Positions 24,544-32,899 of a DNA stretch of 64,000 nucleotides are shown in pieces. The stretch spans positions 21,342 through 85,341 of the forward strand of contig CABSKX010000001.1 of the NCBI GenBank assembly GCA_902478365.1, written 5' to 3'. Under the pieces are notes generated by a model, which was given only the letters and a program-made list of their open reading frames with translations, did not search any database and was not told the DNA's origin. A program made the translations under genes and the position numbers. The DNA is from an uncultured Collinsella sp. GTDB taxonomy: Bacteria > Actinomycetota > Coriobacteriia > Coriobacteriales > Coriobacteriaceae. Within the stretch, counting starts at the first letter, position 1. Every line of letters begins with the position of its first letter.

Positions 24544-26859
24544 CTACTTAATCTTGGTCGTGCCCGGCGCCAGGTTGGGGTCGGTCTCGTTGGCCTCGGT
24601 CTGGAAGTGCTCCGTATAGACGTTCTTGCCGTCGCGGAACATCTCGTAGTACTGCATCTTGGCGTAATTTTCGCGCGCCTTGGTGGCGGCAGCGGCAGCG
24701 GCGTCGTCACCGGTGACGTTGGAGGAGAGCGCCCAACGCCGGCTGGCGTCCTCGTAGCCCACGGAGTTGATAGCGGGCAGCGACTCGCGCAGCGTCACGT
24801 GCGCTTTCTGGTAGTCGGTCAGCGGTGCGCCGATCAGCTGCATAAGCTGCGTGGACAGGTAGTTGGTGGACAGGTCGTCGACCTCGCTCGTCTGGTCGCA
24901 GCCGGCAACGTCGTAGTTGGCCCAGATGATGTAGTCGGTCTGCCACAGACGCTCCTGATGCGTAGCGTCGTCCTCGCCGGTAAACCACTTGTCATTGAAC
25001 TTGGACGGGAAGAACGGCTGGTGGTCGCCCCAGAACACCACGACCACCTTGCGGTCGAGCTTGCTCAAGGCGTTGAGGAAGTAGCGCAGCGCCTGGTCGG
25101 ACTGCTCGATGCACGAGACATACTCGTCGACATCGGATAGCGTGCCGTCCTCGACGGTCTTGGCGTCCAGGTCGGTCGTGTCGATGTTCAGGTGCATCTG
25201 CTTGTCGACCGGCAGCAGGCCCGTATCGTAGCCCGAGTGGTTCTGCATGGTCACGTCGAAGATAAACTGCGGATCGGCGTTCTGGTCGAGCAGCTCAAGA
25301 ATCTTGTCGTAGGTAGCCTGGTCGGTCACCATGCCGCGCAGGGTGTCGGCTCCCTGGAAATCGTTGATAGACAGGAACTGGTCAAAGCCAAAGTCCTTGT
25401 AGACGTTCTCGCGGTTCCAGTTGGTGGCGTGGTTGGGGTGCATGGCCGTGGTGGAATATCCGAGCGACTTGAACTGCTCTGCCAGGTTCCCGGTCGTTTC
25501 CATGTTGTAGATGGTGTAGGGGTACACGCCCGAGCCCAGGTTGGCCATGGAGTTGCCGGTCATAAACTCAAACTCGGTATTGGCGGTGCCGCCGCCGTAG
25601 GCGCTCACGTAGAGCTTGCCGCGGCTGAGGCAGTTGGACAGGTTCTTAAAGTACTGCGGGCCTTCGTAGCCGGCGCGCATGTTCTGGTAGATCGAAAGAT
25701 CCGAGAAGGTCTCGTTCATGATGGCGATGACCGTGGGCTTCTCGCTGTCGAACTGCTCCTTTGCGGCGGCGCGCTCGTCGCTCTTGGCCGCGTCGGACTT
25801 GTCGTAGGCCTTGGCGTACTTTTTGAGCGTGGCCTTGGCATCGTCGACGGAGTAGTCGGCGGGTTTGGGCGGCTTGATGGACTGCGCTGCGCTAATGAAA
25901 GCGGGCAGGTAGCCCTCGCGCCAGTAGCTCTCGAGCGGGCGCCAGGTGTAGACGGTGATGCCGAGGGTGTTGTAGTAGTCGATGAGCGTGACGTGTGCGG
26001 TCACACCGCCCAGGCACAGCACGGCGACGAGCAGGTTGGTGAGCAGCATGCGCTTGGCGTTGGCGGCGCCCTTCTGACGGTGCGGTGCCACCAGGCCGGC
26101 GTACTCGCACAGCAGCATGGCGATGGCGGTAAAGCCCATGGACAGCACGCAGAACAGTGAGATCGAGAAGGTGTAGCCGGTGCCGGCGACCGCGGCGGCG
26201 GTGGAGATGGCCGAAAGGTCGCCCGGCTGGATGGGCATGGATTTAAACGTGATGACGAAGAACTCGGCAATGCCCAGGACAAAGAGGGCAAAGGCCAGGA
26301 CCGCGGGAGCTGCGCCGTGGCGCTGGAACAGGAAGAACAGGCCGGTCATGAGCGTGGTGATGATGGCCCACTCGAGCAGGATGCACAGGGGGTAGACCCA
26401 GGTAAAGTCGTGGTTGGACGATACCTCCATGCCTAGCAGCGCAAAGACGCCGGCGAGCAGCAGGCACAGCACGGCGGCGACGAGCGGTTTACCCACAAAG
26501 GCGCCGCGCAGGCGGGCGAGCTTGCCGGTGGGAGCGGGGGCGTCGGGCGCGGCGAACGCAAAGACGCGTGGGGCGATGCGGTCGCGTGCGATGCTGGCCC
26601 AAGCGCAGCCGGTGAGGATGGCGTTGGTCAGGATGAGCATCACAAAGGCGAGCGGCTCGTTTTGGGCGACGAGGCCAATGGCGCCCCAAATGGTCAAAAA
26701 GACCTGGAACAGGCCGAAGGCGACGCTCCACCCAAGAGCGCTTTTGGCAACGGTGCCCGACTGAGCGCGAATGGCCTTGGCCTCGCGCAAGACAAGGTAG
26801 ACGGTCGCCGCAAGACCGACGAGCGAGATGGCGGCAGCGAACATGCTGAGACTCCTCAC
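24544..26859 (-). CDS. LTA synthase family protein (polytopic N-terminal membrane domain + extracellular sulfatase/phosphoglycerol-transferase domain)
   Basis: About 9-10 TM helices, followed by IAIMNETFSD...GGGTANTEFEFMTGNS...HPNH. RBS is GAGGAG. Confidence 0.8.
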   Translation of the reverse strand: MRSLSMFAAAISLVGLAATVYLVLREAKAIRAQSGTVAKSALGWSVAFGLFQVFLTIWGAIGLVAQNEPLAFVMLILTNAILTGCAWASIARDRIAPRVFAFAAPDAPAPTGKLARLRGAFVGKPLVAAVLCLLLAGVFALLGMEVSSNHDFTWVYPLCILLEWAIITTLMTGLFFLFQRHGAAPAVLAFALFVLGIAEFFVITFKSMPIQPGDLSAISTAAAVAGTGYTFSISLFCVLSMGFTAIAMLLCEYAGLVAPHRQKGAANAKRMLLTNLLVAVLCLGGVTAHVTLIDYYNTLGITVYTWRPLESYWREGYLPAFISAAQSIKPPKPADYSVDDAKATLKKYAKAYDKSDAAKSDERAAAKEQFDSEKPTVIAIMNETFSDLSIYQNMRAGYEGPQYFKNLSNCLSRGKLYVSAYGGGTANTEFEFMTGNSMANLGSGVYPYTIYNMETTGNLAEQFKSLGYSTTAMHPNHATNWNRENVYKDFGFDQFLSINDFQGADTLRGMVTDQATYDKILELLDQNADPQFIFDVTMQNHSGYDTGLLPVDKQMHLNIDTTDLDAKTVEDGTLSDVDEYVSCIEQSDQALRYFLNALSKLDRKVVVVFWGDHQPFFPSKFNDKWFTGEDDATHQERLWQTDYIIWANYDVAGCDQTSEVDDLSTNYLSTQLMQLIGAPLTDYQKAHVTLRESLPAINSVGYEDASRRWALSSNVTGDDAAAAAATKARENYAKMQYYEMFRDGKNVYTEHFQTEANETDPNLAPGTTKIK

Positions 26860-27057
26860 AAACTAAAACGTACGAAAGCGGGGGTTTACCCGATTGTTAC
26901 CAAGATATGCGCTGCAATTGGTGGCTGCGCACAACAACCAGCCATATTAACGCGCACGTGTGGCGGTGTGGCGCAATGTAGTGGCGACCTGCGCGATAAT
27001 GGACGGGAATTACACGGAAACGTAAAGGCTTCTTAAAGAATTAGCGAGGATGAGGCG

Positions 27058-27906
27058 ATGAACGAGCAGGTTTGCACCAAGGCTGTGGATACGTGTGGCT
27101 ATCCGGTCGAGACGACGGGCAATGCGGTGCTGGACACGTTGGAGCACCGTTCCTCCACGCGTGCCTTCGCGCGTGATGACGACGACCGTCCCGTGGCGGT
27201 GACCGACGAGCAGCGGGCGGCGATTCTGCATGCGGCGAGTCGCGCGCCGTCGGCGGGCGCCATGATGATGTATTCCATCGTGAGCATTCGCGAGCAGGCT
27301 ACGCTGGACCGTCTGGCCGACCTGTGCGACCACCAGCCCATGATCGCCAAGGCGCCCTGGGCACTGATATTTGTGGTCGATTATGCCAAGTGGATCGATC
27401 TGTTTGAGCACGTGGGCTGCTTTGAGCCCGAGTTTGTCGAGCGCACGGGTAAAGCGCTCCGCCGCGCGCCGGGTTTGGGCGACTTTGCCATCGCGGCCCA
27501 GGACGCCGTGATCGCCGCGCAAAACGCCGTGGTTGCCGCCGAGGCCCTGGGCCTGGGGAGCTGCTACATCGGTGATATCGTCGAGAATGCCGAGGAAGTG
27601 GCCGAGCTGCTCGATCTGCCGCCCTATACCATGCCGCTGTCGATGCTCATCATCGGCACGCCCCGCAAGGAGCGCCCGGCAATCGCGCATCCCGTGGTGA
27701 ACCTGGTGCACGAGGAGCGCTACTGCCGCGCCGATGCTGCGACCATGGACGCGCAGGTGGCCGAGATGGACGCGATGTTTCGCCCGCATGCCCGCGAGGT
27801 GGGCGAGCGCGTGGTGGATATCTACACCCGCAAGCACACGAGTCCCTTTATGGCCGAGATGAGCCGCTCCATGGAGTGGTGGTTCAAAAACTGGCTCGGA
27901 AAATGA
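27058..27906 (+). CDS. NfsA-like oxygen-insensitive NAD(P)H nitroreductase family protein
   Basis: Sequence LEHRSSTRAF...ILHAASRAPSAGAMMMYSIV...APWALIFVVDYAKW...GSCYIGDI. Confidence 0.8.
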   Translation: MNEQVCTKAVDTCGYPVETTGNAVLDTLEHRSSTRAFARDDDDRPVAVTDEQRAAILHAASRAPSAGAMMMYSIVSIREQATLDRLADLCDHQPMIAKAPWALIFVVDYAKWIDLFEHVGCFEPEFVERTGKALRRAPGLGDFAIAAQDAVIAAQNAVVAAEALGLGSCYIGDIVENAEEVAELLDLPPYTMPLSMLIIGTPRKERPAIAHPVVNLVHEERYCRADAATMDAQVAEMDAMFRPHAREVGERVVDIYTRKHTSPFMAEMSRSMEWWFKNWLGK

Positions 27907-27908
27907 CG

Positions 27909-27941
27909 AATGTGACAAAGGGACTGTCCCTTTGTCACATT
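27909..27941. repeat. 33-bp perfect palindrome, family ATGTGACAAAGGGnCnGTCCCTTTGTCACAT
   Basis: Sequence aatgtgacaaagggactgtccctttgtcacatt, located 3 bp after the stop codon. Confidence 0.9.
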
Positions 27942-28065
27942 CCATATCGCCGTGGTGGCCTAAAGGCCGTATAAATGTTTATCTAGCTGGGAAAACGGTG
28001 CCGTGCAAGTGCAGGCCGATTACCTATAATCCCTTCGAACATTAAAATTGGGAGGAAACCGGCTT

Positions 28066-30093
28066 ATGGAACAAAAGGCCAAGGAGGCAGCCTCGCACGC
28101 TGCGATTCCTGTGAGCATCTCGGCGATGCTCGTCACGCTGGGCGTGGTGTACGGCGATATCGGCACCAGCCCTATGTATGTAACCAAGGCGCTCGTTGCC
28201 GGCAACGGCGGCATCGGAAGCGTGACGGAGGAGTTCGTGCTCGGCGCGCTCTCCCTTGTCGTGTGGACGGTCACGCTGCTGACCACCATCAAGTATGTGC
28301 TCATCTCGCTGCGCGCCGATAACCATGGTGAGGGCGGCATCTTTGCCCTGTACAGCCTGGTCAAGCGCTGTGGCAAGTGGCTTATCATCCCCGCCATGCT
28401 GGGTGGCGCCGCGCTGCTCGCCGACGGCATCCTGACGCCGGCCGTTACCGTTACCACGGCCATCGAGGGCCTGCGCACCATCCCGGCGGTCCATGCCGTG
28501 CTGGGCGATGACCAGGGCCGCGTCGTCGCCATTACGCTCGCCATCATCATCGCGCTCTTTTTGGTGCAACGCATCGGTACGGCCAAGATCGGTCACGCCT
28601 TTGGCCCCATCATGACGCTGTGGTTCCTGTTCCTGGGCGGCACGGGTCTGTTCTTTGTTTTCCAGCACCCCGCCGTGCTGCTGTGCCTCAACCCGGTGCG
28701 TGGCATCGCCTTTTTGCTGAGCCCCAACAACCACGCGGGTATCATGATTCTGGGCAGCTGCTTCCTCGCCACCACCGGTGCCGAGGCGCTCTACTCCGAC
28801 ATGGGCCACGTCGGCCGCGGCAACATCTACGCCACCTGGCCGTTCGTTAAGTGCTGCCTGCTGCTTTCCTATATGGGCCAGGGCGCTTGGCTTATGAACA
28901 ACGCTGCCAACCCCGAGCTCATGGGCATTGCCGACCTCAACCCGTTCTACCAGATGCTCGCCCCGGGCCTGCGCCCGTTTGCCGTCGGCCTTTCCACCGT
29001 TGCGGCCATCATCGCCTCGCAGGCGCTCATCACCGGCGCATTCTCGCTGGTGTCCGAGGCCAGCCGTCTGGACCTTATGCCGCACATGCAGGTCTTCTAC
29101 CCTGCCGAGACCAAGGGCCAGCTCTACATCCCCATGGTCAACAACGTCATGCTCGTGGGCTGCGTCATCGTGGTGCTGCTGTTCCAGAACTCGGCGCATA
29201 TGGAAGCCGCCTACGGCCTTGCCATTACGCTGACTATGATGTGCACCACGCTGCTGCTCTTCTTCTACCTGCACGAGGAGCGCAAGCTCAAGGTTGCTCC
29301 GTGGATCTTCGCGGCCTTCTTCCTTTTGCTCGAAGGCTTCTTCTTCGTGAGCTCGCTCACCAAGTTCTTCCACGGCGGCTACTTCACCATCCTCATGGCT
29401 GCACTCATCATGGGCATTATGGTGTGCTGGTACAACGGCACGGCGGTCGAGCAGCGCCAGTTTACGCTGCTGCCGCTGCGCAGCTACCTGCCGCAGCTCA
29501 AGCGCCTGCGCGACGACGACCGTTACGAGCGCATGAGCGACAACGTCGTGTACCTGACCAAGGACACCCATACCGACTACATCGACCGCGATATCGTCTA
29601 CTCGATCTTGGACAAGCATCCCAAGCGTGCCCACGCCTGGTGGTTTGTGAACGTCGAGACCATGGACGAACCGCATACCTTTGCCTATTCGGTCGAGACG
29701 TTCGGCACCGACTACGTGTTCCGCGTGCATCTGTACCTGGGCTACAAGATCAACCAGCGCGTCAATGCCTACCTGCGTCAGGTTGTTCAGGACCTGGCTG
29801 CCACCGGCGAGCTGCCGCCGCAGACGCATGACTACTCGGTCTACAAGGATCCGGGTAACATCGGCACGTTCAAGTTCGTCCTGATCCGTAAGCTTCTGGC
29901 GCCCGAAAGCGATGTGGAGCCCAGCGAGCGTACGGCCATCACGCTCAAGTACATCATCCGCCGCGCCGCCGGCACCCCTGCACGCTGGTACGGCCTGGAG
30001 AACTCCAACGTGAGCTTTGAGTACGTGCCGCTGTTCACCAAGTTCAAGGCCGTGAACAAGATGCAGCGCCTGGCCCCCAACGAACGCCCGTAG
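28066..30093 (+). CDS. kup: KUP/HAK/KT family potassium transporter
   Basis: Sequence GVVYGDIGTSPMYV...ADNHGEGGIFAL. The ATG at 28066 follows GGGAGGA. Confidence 0.9.
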   Translation: MEQKAKEAASHAAIPVSISAMLVTLGVVYGDIGTSPMYVTKALVAGNGGIGSVTEEFVLGALSLVVWTVTLLTTIKYVLISLRADNHGEGGIFALYSLVKRCGKWLIIPAMLGGAALLADGILTPAVTVTTAIEGLRTIPAVHAVLGDDQGRVVAITLAIIIALFLVQRIGTAKIGHAFGPIMTLWFLFLGGTGLFFVFQHPAVLLCLNPVRGIAFLLSPNNHAGIMILGSCFLATTGAEALYSDMGHVGRGNIYATWPFVKCCLLLSYMGQGAWLMNNAANPELMGIADLNPFYQMLAPGLRPFAVGLSTVAAIIASQALITGAFSLVSEASRLDLMPHMQVFYPAETKGQLYIPMVNNVMLVGCVIVVLLFQNSAHMEAAYGLAITLTMMCTTLLLFFYLHEERKLKVAPWIFAAFFLLLEGFFFVSSLTKFFHGGYFTILMAALIMGIMVCWYNGTAVEQRQFTLLPLRSYLPQLKRLRDDDRYERMSDNVVYLTKDTHTDYIDRDIVYSILDKHPKRAHAWWFVNVETMDEPHTFAYSVETFGTDYVFRVHLYLGYKINQRVNAYLRQVVQDLAATGELPPQTHDYSVYKDPGNIGTFKFVLIRKLLAPESDVEPSERTAITLKYIIRRAAGTPARWYGLENSNVSFEYVPLFTKFKAVNKMQRLAPNERP

Positions 30094-30154
30094 GCGCCGA
30101 CAGGTTGCACGGAGTTGGTTTTTGATGGATAAGCATGAGGCCGGGGAGGTAAAC

Positions 30155-30349
30155 ATGGATACAAAGGCGCTCGATGGCCGTGAGGCGGTGGTCGAAATGG
30201 TACGTGAGGCACGCGCCGACGCCGCCGAAGATCGGTTTTTGACGAACCGCGCCAACATGGATATGGCCGACCGCGTGATCTCGATTGTGGCACTAGTATT
30301 TGGAGCGGTGTGCGTGTGCGCCCTGCTCGCGCACGTACTGTTTGTCTAG
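30155..30349 (+). CDS. hypothetical small membrane protein (about 64 aa, one C-terminal TM helix)
   Basis: The ATG at 30155 is preceded by GGGGAGG. The C-terminus VISIVALVFGAVCVCALLAHVLFV is a TM helix. A terminator follows. Confidence 0.4.
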   Translation: MDTKALDGREAVVEMVREARADAAEDRFLTNRANMDMADRVISIVALVFGAVCVCALLAHVLFV

Positions 30350-30394
30350 CGACCGCAGGTTGCAAAGGCTATACACTTGGAACCACCACAAGGG

Positions 30395-30440
30395 AAACCA
30401 CCACAAAGGTGCCTGTCCCTTTGTGGTGGTTTTTGTTTTT
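30395..30440 (+). terminator. rho-independent terminator (incorporates half of the GACAAAGGG-type palindrome)
   Basis: Stem aaaccaccacaaagg / cctttgtggtggttt, then ttgttttt. Confidence 0.75.
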
Positions 30441-30460
30441 GAGAGAGGGGCGGGGCACTG

Positions 30461-32086
30461 ATGGACGTCCGTACGGACGGCGATATTGCCGATAGCTTTT
30501 GGTGGCGGCGCACAACGCTGACGCGCCGCACTCCTCTGTATGACGCCTGCGTATCGGTGGGGCTGCTGGTCGCGGCGACGATTGTGGGTGCGCTGCTCGA
30601 CCATCCGGGTCTCGCGCCGAGCATCATGATCGTCTATGTGTTCGCCGTTCAGCTGTGCGCATTCTTTACCTGGAGTCGCCTGTATTGCTTGCTGAGCTCG
30701 GCTGCCGCCGTGGCGCTCTACAACTTCTTGTTTGTCGACCCGCGCTACTCGCTGTCGCTTATCGACCGCGGCTATCCCGGCATGTTCTTCATCATGTTCG
30801 TGGTCTCGCTTGTGTCGAGCTCGATTGCGTTGGCCCTGCGCCGCGCCTTGGCACAGGCTGCCGCCAGCGACCGCCGCACGCATATGGTGCTCGAGACCAA
30901 CCGCATGCTGCAGCGGTGCGCCGACGAGCAGCAGATCGTTCACGCCATGGCAACGCAGATGGCGCGTCTTTCGGGCTGTCCGGTCGTGTGGTACAGCGCC
31001 GACGCCGAGGGCGATGACCTGCTGCCGCGTTCGACATACACGGCCGTGGGCGATGCCGCACCGGTGCACGAACTGGCGCCGCAGATGCCGCCGCGGCTCT
31101 CGGCGTCCGCCTATGTGGGAACGCCGCTCGATGCCACGTTTGGCGGCTCGGCGTTTTATGGCATCTACCTGACGGTTCGCACAGGCGACGGCTTCGCGCG
31201 CTCGGGCGACCCCGCCTCGGTGGTGGGCGTGCTGGCTATCGTTGCCGAGCCCGACGTGCTGACGCACGAGGAGCGAACACTTGCCGATGCCATCGTGAGC
31301 GAAGGCGAGCTGGCACTCGATCTCGCCCGCGCCATGGAGGCCCGCGAGGAGGCGGCGGTGCTCGCCAAAAACGAGCAGCTGCGCGCCAACCTGCTGCGTT
31401 CCATCTCGCACGACCTGCGCACGCCGCTCACCAGTATTTCGGGCAATGCCGATGTGCTGCTCGACCAGGGCTCGACCGGCACCGCCGTGCTCGACGCCCA
31501 GACGCGCCGCGGCCTGCTCCTATCCATTCGCTCGGATGCGCTGTGGCTCAACGCCACCGTCGAGAACCTGCTCGCCATCACCAAGCTCGAGGGCGGCGGT
31601 ATGCATCTGTCGACCACGCTCGAGCTCATGGACGATATCGTCGAGGAGGCGCTGCGCCATGTAAGTTCGGCCGTGCGCGAGCACGACCTTAAGGTGGTGG
31701 CGTGCGATGAGCCGGCGCTCGTCAACGTCGACGCGCGCCTGATGGTGCAGCTGGTGGTCAATCTGGTGAACAACGCCGTCACCTATACGCCCGCAGGCTC
31801 GCATATCGTGATTTCGATTAGCGTCGACGATGGGTGCGTGGCGTGCTCGGTGGCCGATGACGGCCCGGGCATCGCGCCCGAGGACCGCGAGCGGATCTTT
31901 GAGTCGTTCTACACCGCCAACCACGGTTTGGCCGACAGCCATCGCAGCGTGGGCCTGGGACTTTCGCTCTGCCGCTCCATTGCGTTAGCGCATGGCGGTA
32001 GCATAGAGGTTGCCGCGGCGGACCCGCACGGCTCGGTCTTTACGATTGAGCTTCCCGTCGCCGATGTTTCGTTTGATAAGGAGTAA
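30461..32086 (+). CDS. kdpD: KdpD-type sensor histidine kinase lacking the N-terminal KdpD/Usp sensor module (DUF4118 membrane domain-GAF-like-HisKA-HATPase)
   Basis: Membrane domain is IMIVYVFAVQLCAFF...LYNFLFVDPRYSL. H-box is LRSISHDLRTPLTSISG. G-boxes are DDGPGI and GLGLSLC. Confidence 0.75.
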   Translation: MDVRTDGDIADSFWWRRTTLTRRTPLYDACVSVGLLVAATIVGALLDHPGLAPSIMIVYVFAVQLCAFFTWSRLYCLLSSAAAVALYNFLFVDPRYSLSLIDRGYPGMFFIMFVVSLVSSSIALALRRALAQAAASDRRTHMVLETNRMLQRCADEQQIVHAMATQMARLSGCPVVWYSADAEGDDLLPRSTYTAVGDAAPVHELAPQMPPRLSASAYVGTPLDATFGGSAFYGIYLTVRTGDGFARSGDPASVVGVLAIVAEPDVLTHEERTLADAIVSEGELALDLARAMEAREEAAVLAKNEQLRANLLRSISHDLRTPLTSISGNADVLLDQGSTGTAVLDAQTRRGLLLSIRSDALWLNATVENLLAITKLEGGGMHLSTTLELMDDIVEEALRHVSSAVREHDLKVVACDEPALVNVDARLMVQLVVNLVNNAVTYTPAGSHIVISISVDDGCVACSVADDGPGIAPEDRERIFESFYTANHGLADSHRSVGLGLSLCRSIALAHGGSIEVAAADPHGSVFTIELPVADVSFDKE

Positions 32087-32090
32087 CGCT

Positions 32091-32804
32091 GTGCCGAACT
32101 CTGCCGTAAAACCGCTCATCTTGGTCGTTGAGGACGACCCCGCCGTTCGCAACCTTATCGTTGCCGCGCTCGAGGCGCACGGCTTGCGCCATATGGCCGT
32201 GGAGACCGCCCATGCCGCTATTGCCGCTGCCTCGTCGCAGGCGCCGAGCATCGTGCTACTCGATCTGGGCCTGCCCGATATGGACGGCGTCAAGGTGGTG
32301 GAGTCGGTGCGCGCATGGTCGGGCATGCCGATCATCGTGGTTTCGGCGCGCAGCGAGGACGCGGACAAGATCCGCGCGCTCGATGCCGGTGCCGACGACT
32401 ACCTGACCAAGCCGTTTTCGGTCGAGGAGCTGCTCGCGCGCATTCGTACGACACTCAGGCGCCTTTCGTATGCGCAAACGGGCGGCGTTGTCTCCGAGGG
32501 CTCGTTCGATACCGGTGAGCTGCATATCGATTTTGATGCCGGCATTGCCACGATGGATGGCGAGGAGTTGCACCTGACGCCGATCGAGTACAAGCTCCTG
32601 TGCCTGCTGGCACACAACGCCGACAAGGTTCTGACGCACCAGTTTATCCTGCACGAGATTTGGGGCACGGCGACCAAGAGCGACCTGGCGAGCCTGCGTG
32701 TCTTTATGGGCACGCTGCGCAAGAAGATCGAGTCCGACCCCGCGCATCCGCGCTATATCCAGACGCACGTGGGTATCGGTTACCGATTGGTCATCCAGGG
32801 ATAG
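32091..32804 (+). CDS. kdpE: OmpR-family response regulator, KdpE-like
   Basis: The GTG at 32091 lies 6 nt after AAGGAG. Sequence reads LILVVEDDPAVRNL...VLLDLGLPDMDG...LTPIEYKLLCLL...GIGYRL. Confidence 0.85.
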   Translation: MPNSAVKPLILVVEDDPAVRNLIVAALEAHGLRHMAVETAHAAIAAASSQAPSIVLLDLGLPDMDGVKVVESVRAWSGMPIIVVSARSEDADKIRALDAGADDYLTKPFSVEELLARIRTTLRRLSYAQTGGVVSEGSFDTGELHIDFDAGIATMDGEELHLTPIEYKLLCLLAHNADKVLTHQFILHEIWGTATKSDLASLRVFMGTLRKKIESDPAHPRYIQTHVGIGYRLVIQG

Positions 32805-32827
32805 GTCGGCATCCGCCATCCCAATAT

Positions 32828-32897
32828 GAGTTGCGGTGAAATACGGTCTAAATTTGCCTAATTCCAGGCAAAACAGTCCGTATTCCACCGCAACTTT
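32828..32897. repeat. 70-bp hairpin element, GTTGCGGTGAAATA family (copy 2)
   Basis: Sequence gagttgcggtgaaatacgg...ccgtattccaccgcaacttt, between the convergent kdpE and rlmKL stops. Confidence 0.85.
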
Positions 32898-32899
32898 GT

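Noticed and set aside
28042-30258. 738-aa minus-strand ORF
   Set aside because: It is antisense to kup (GDIGTSPMYV motif on the plus strand). It has no RBS and its composition is low-complexity.
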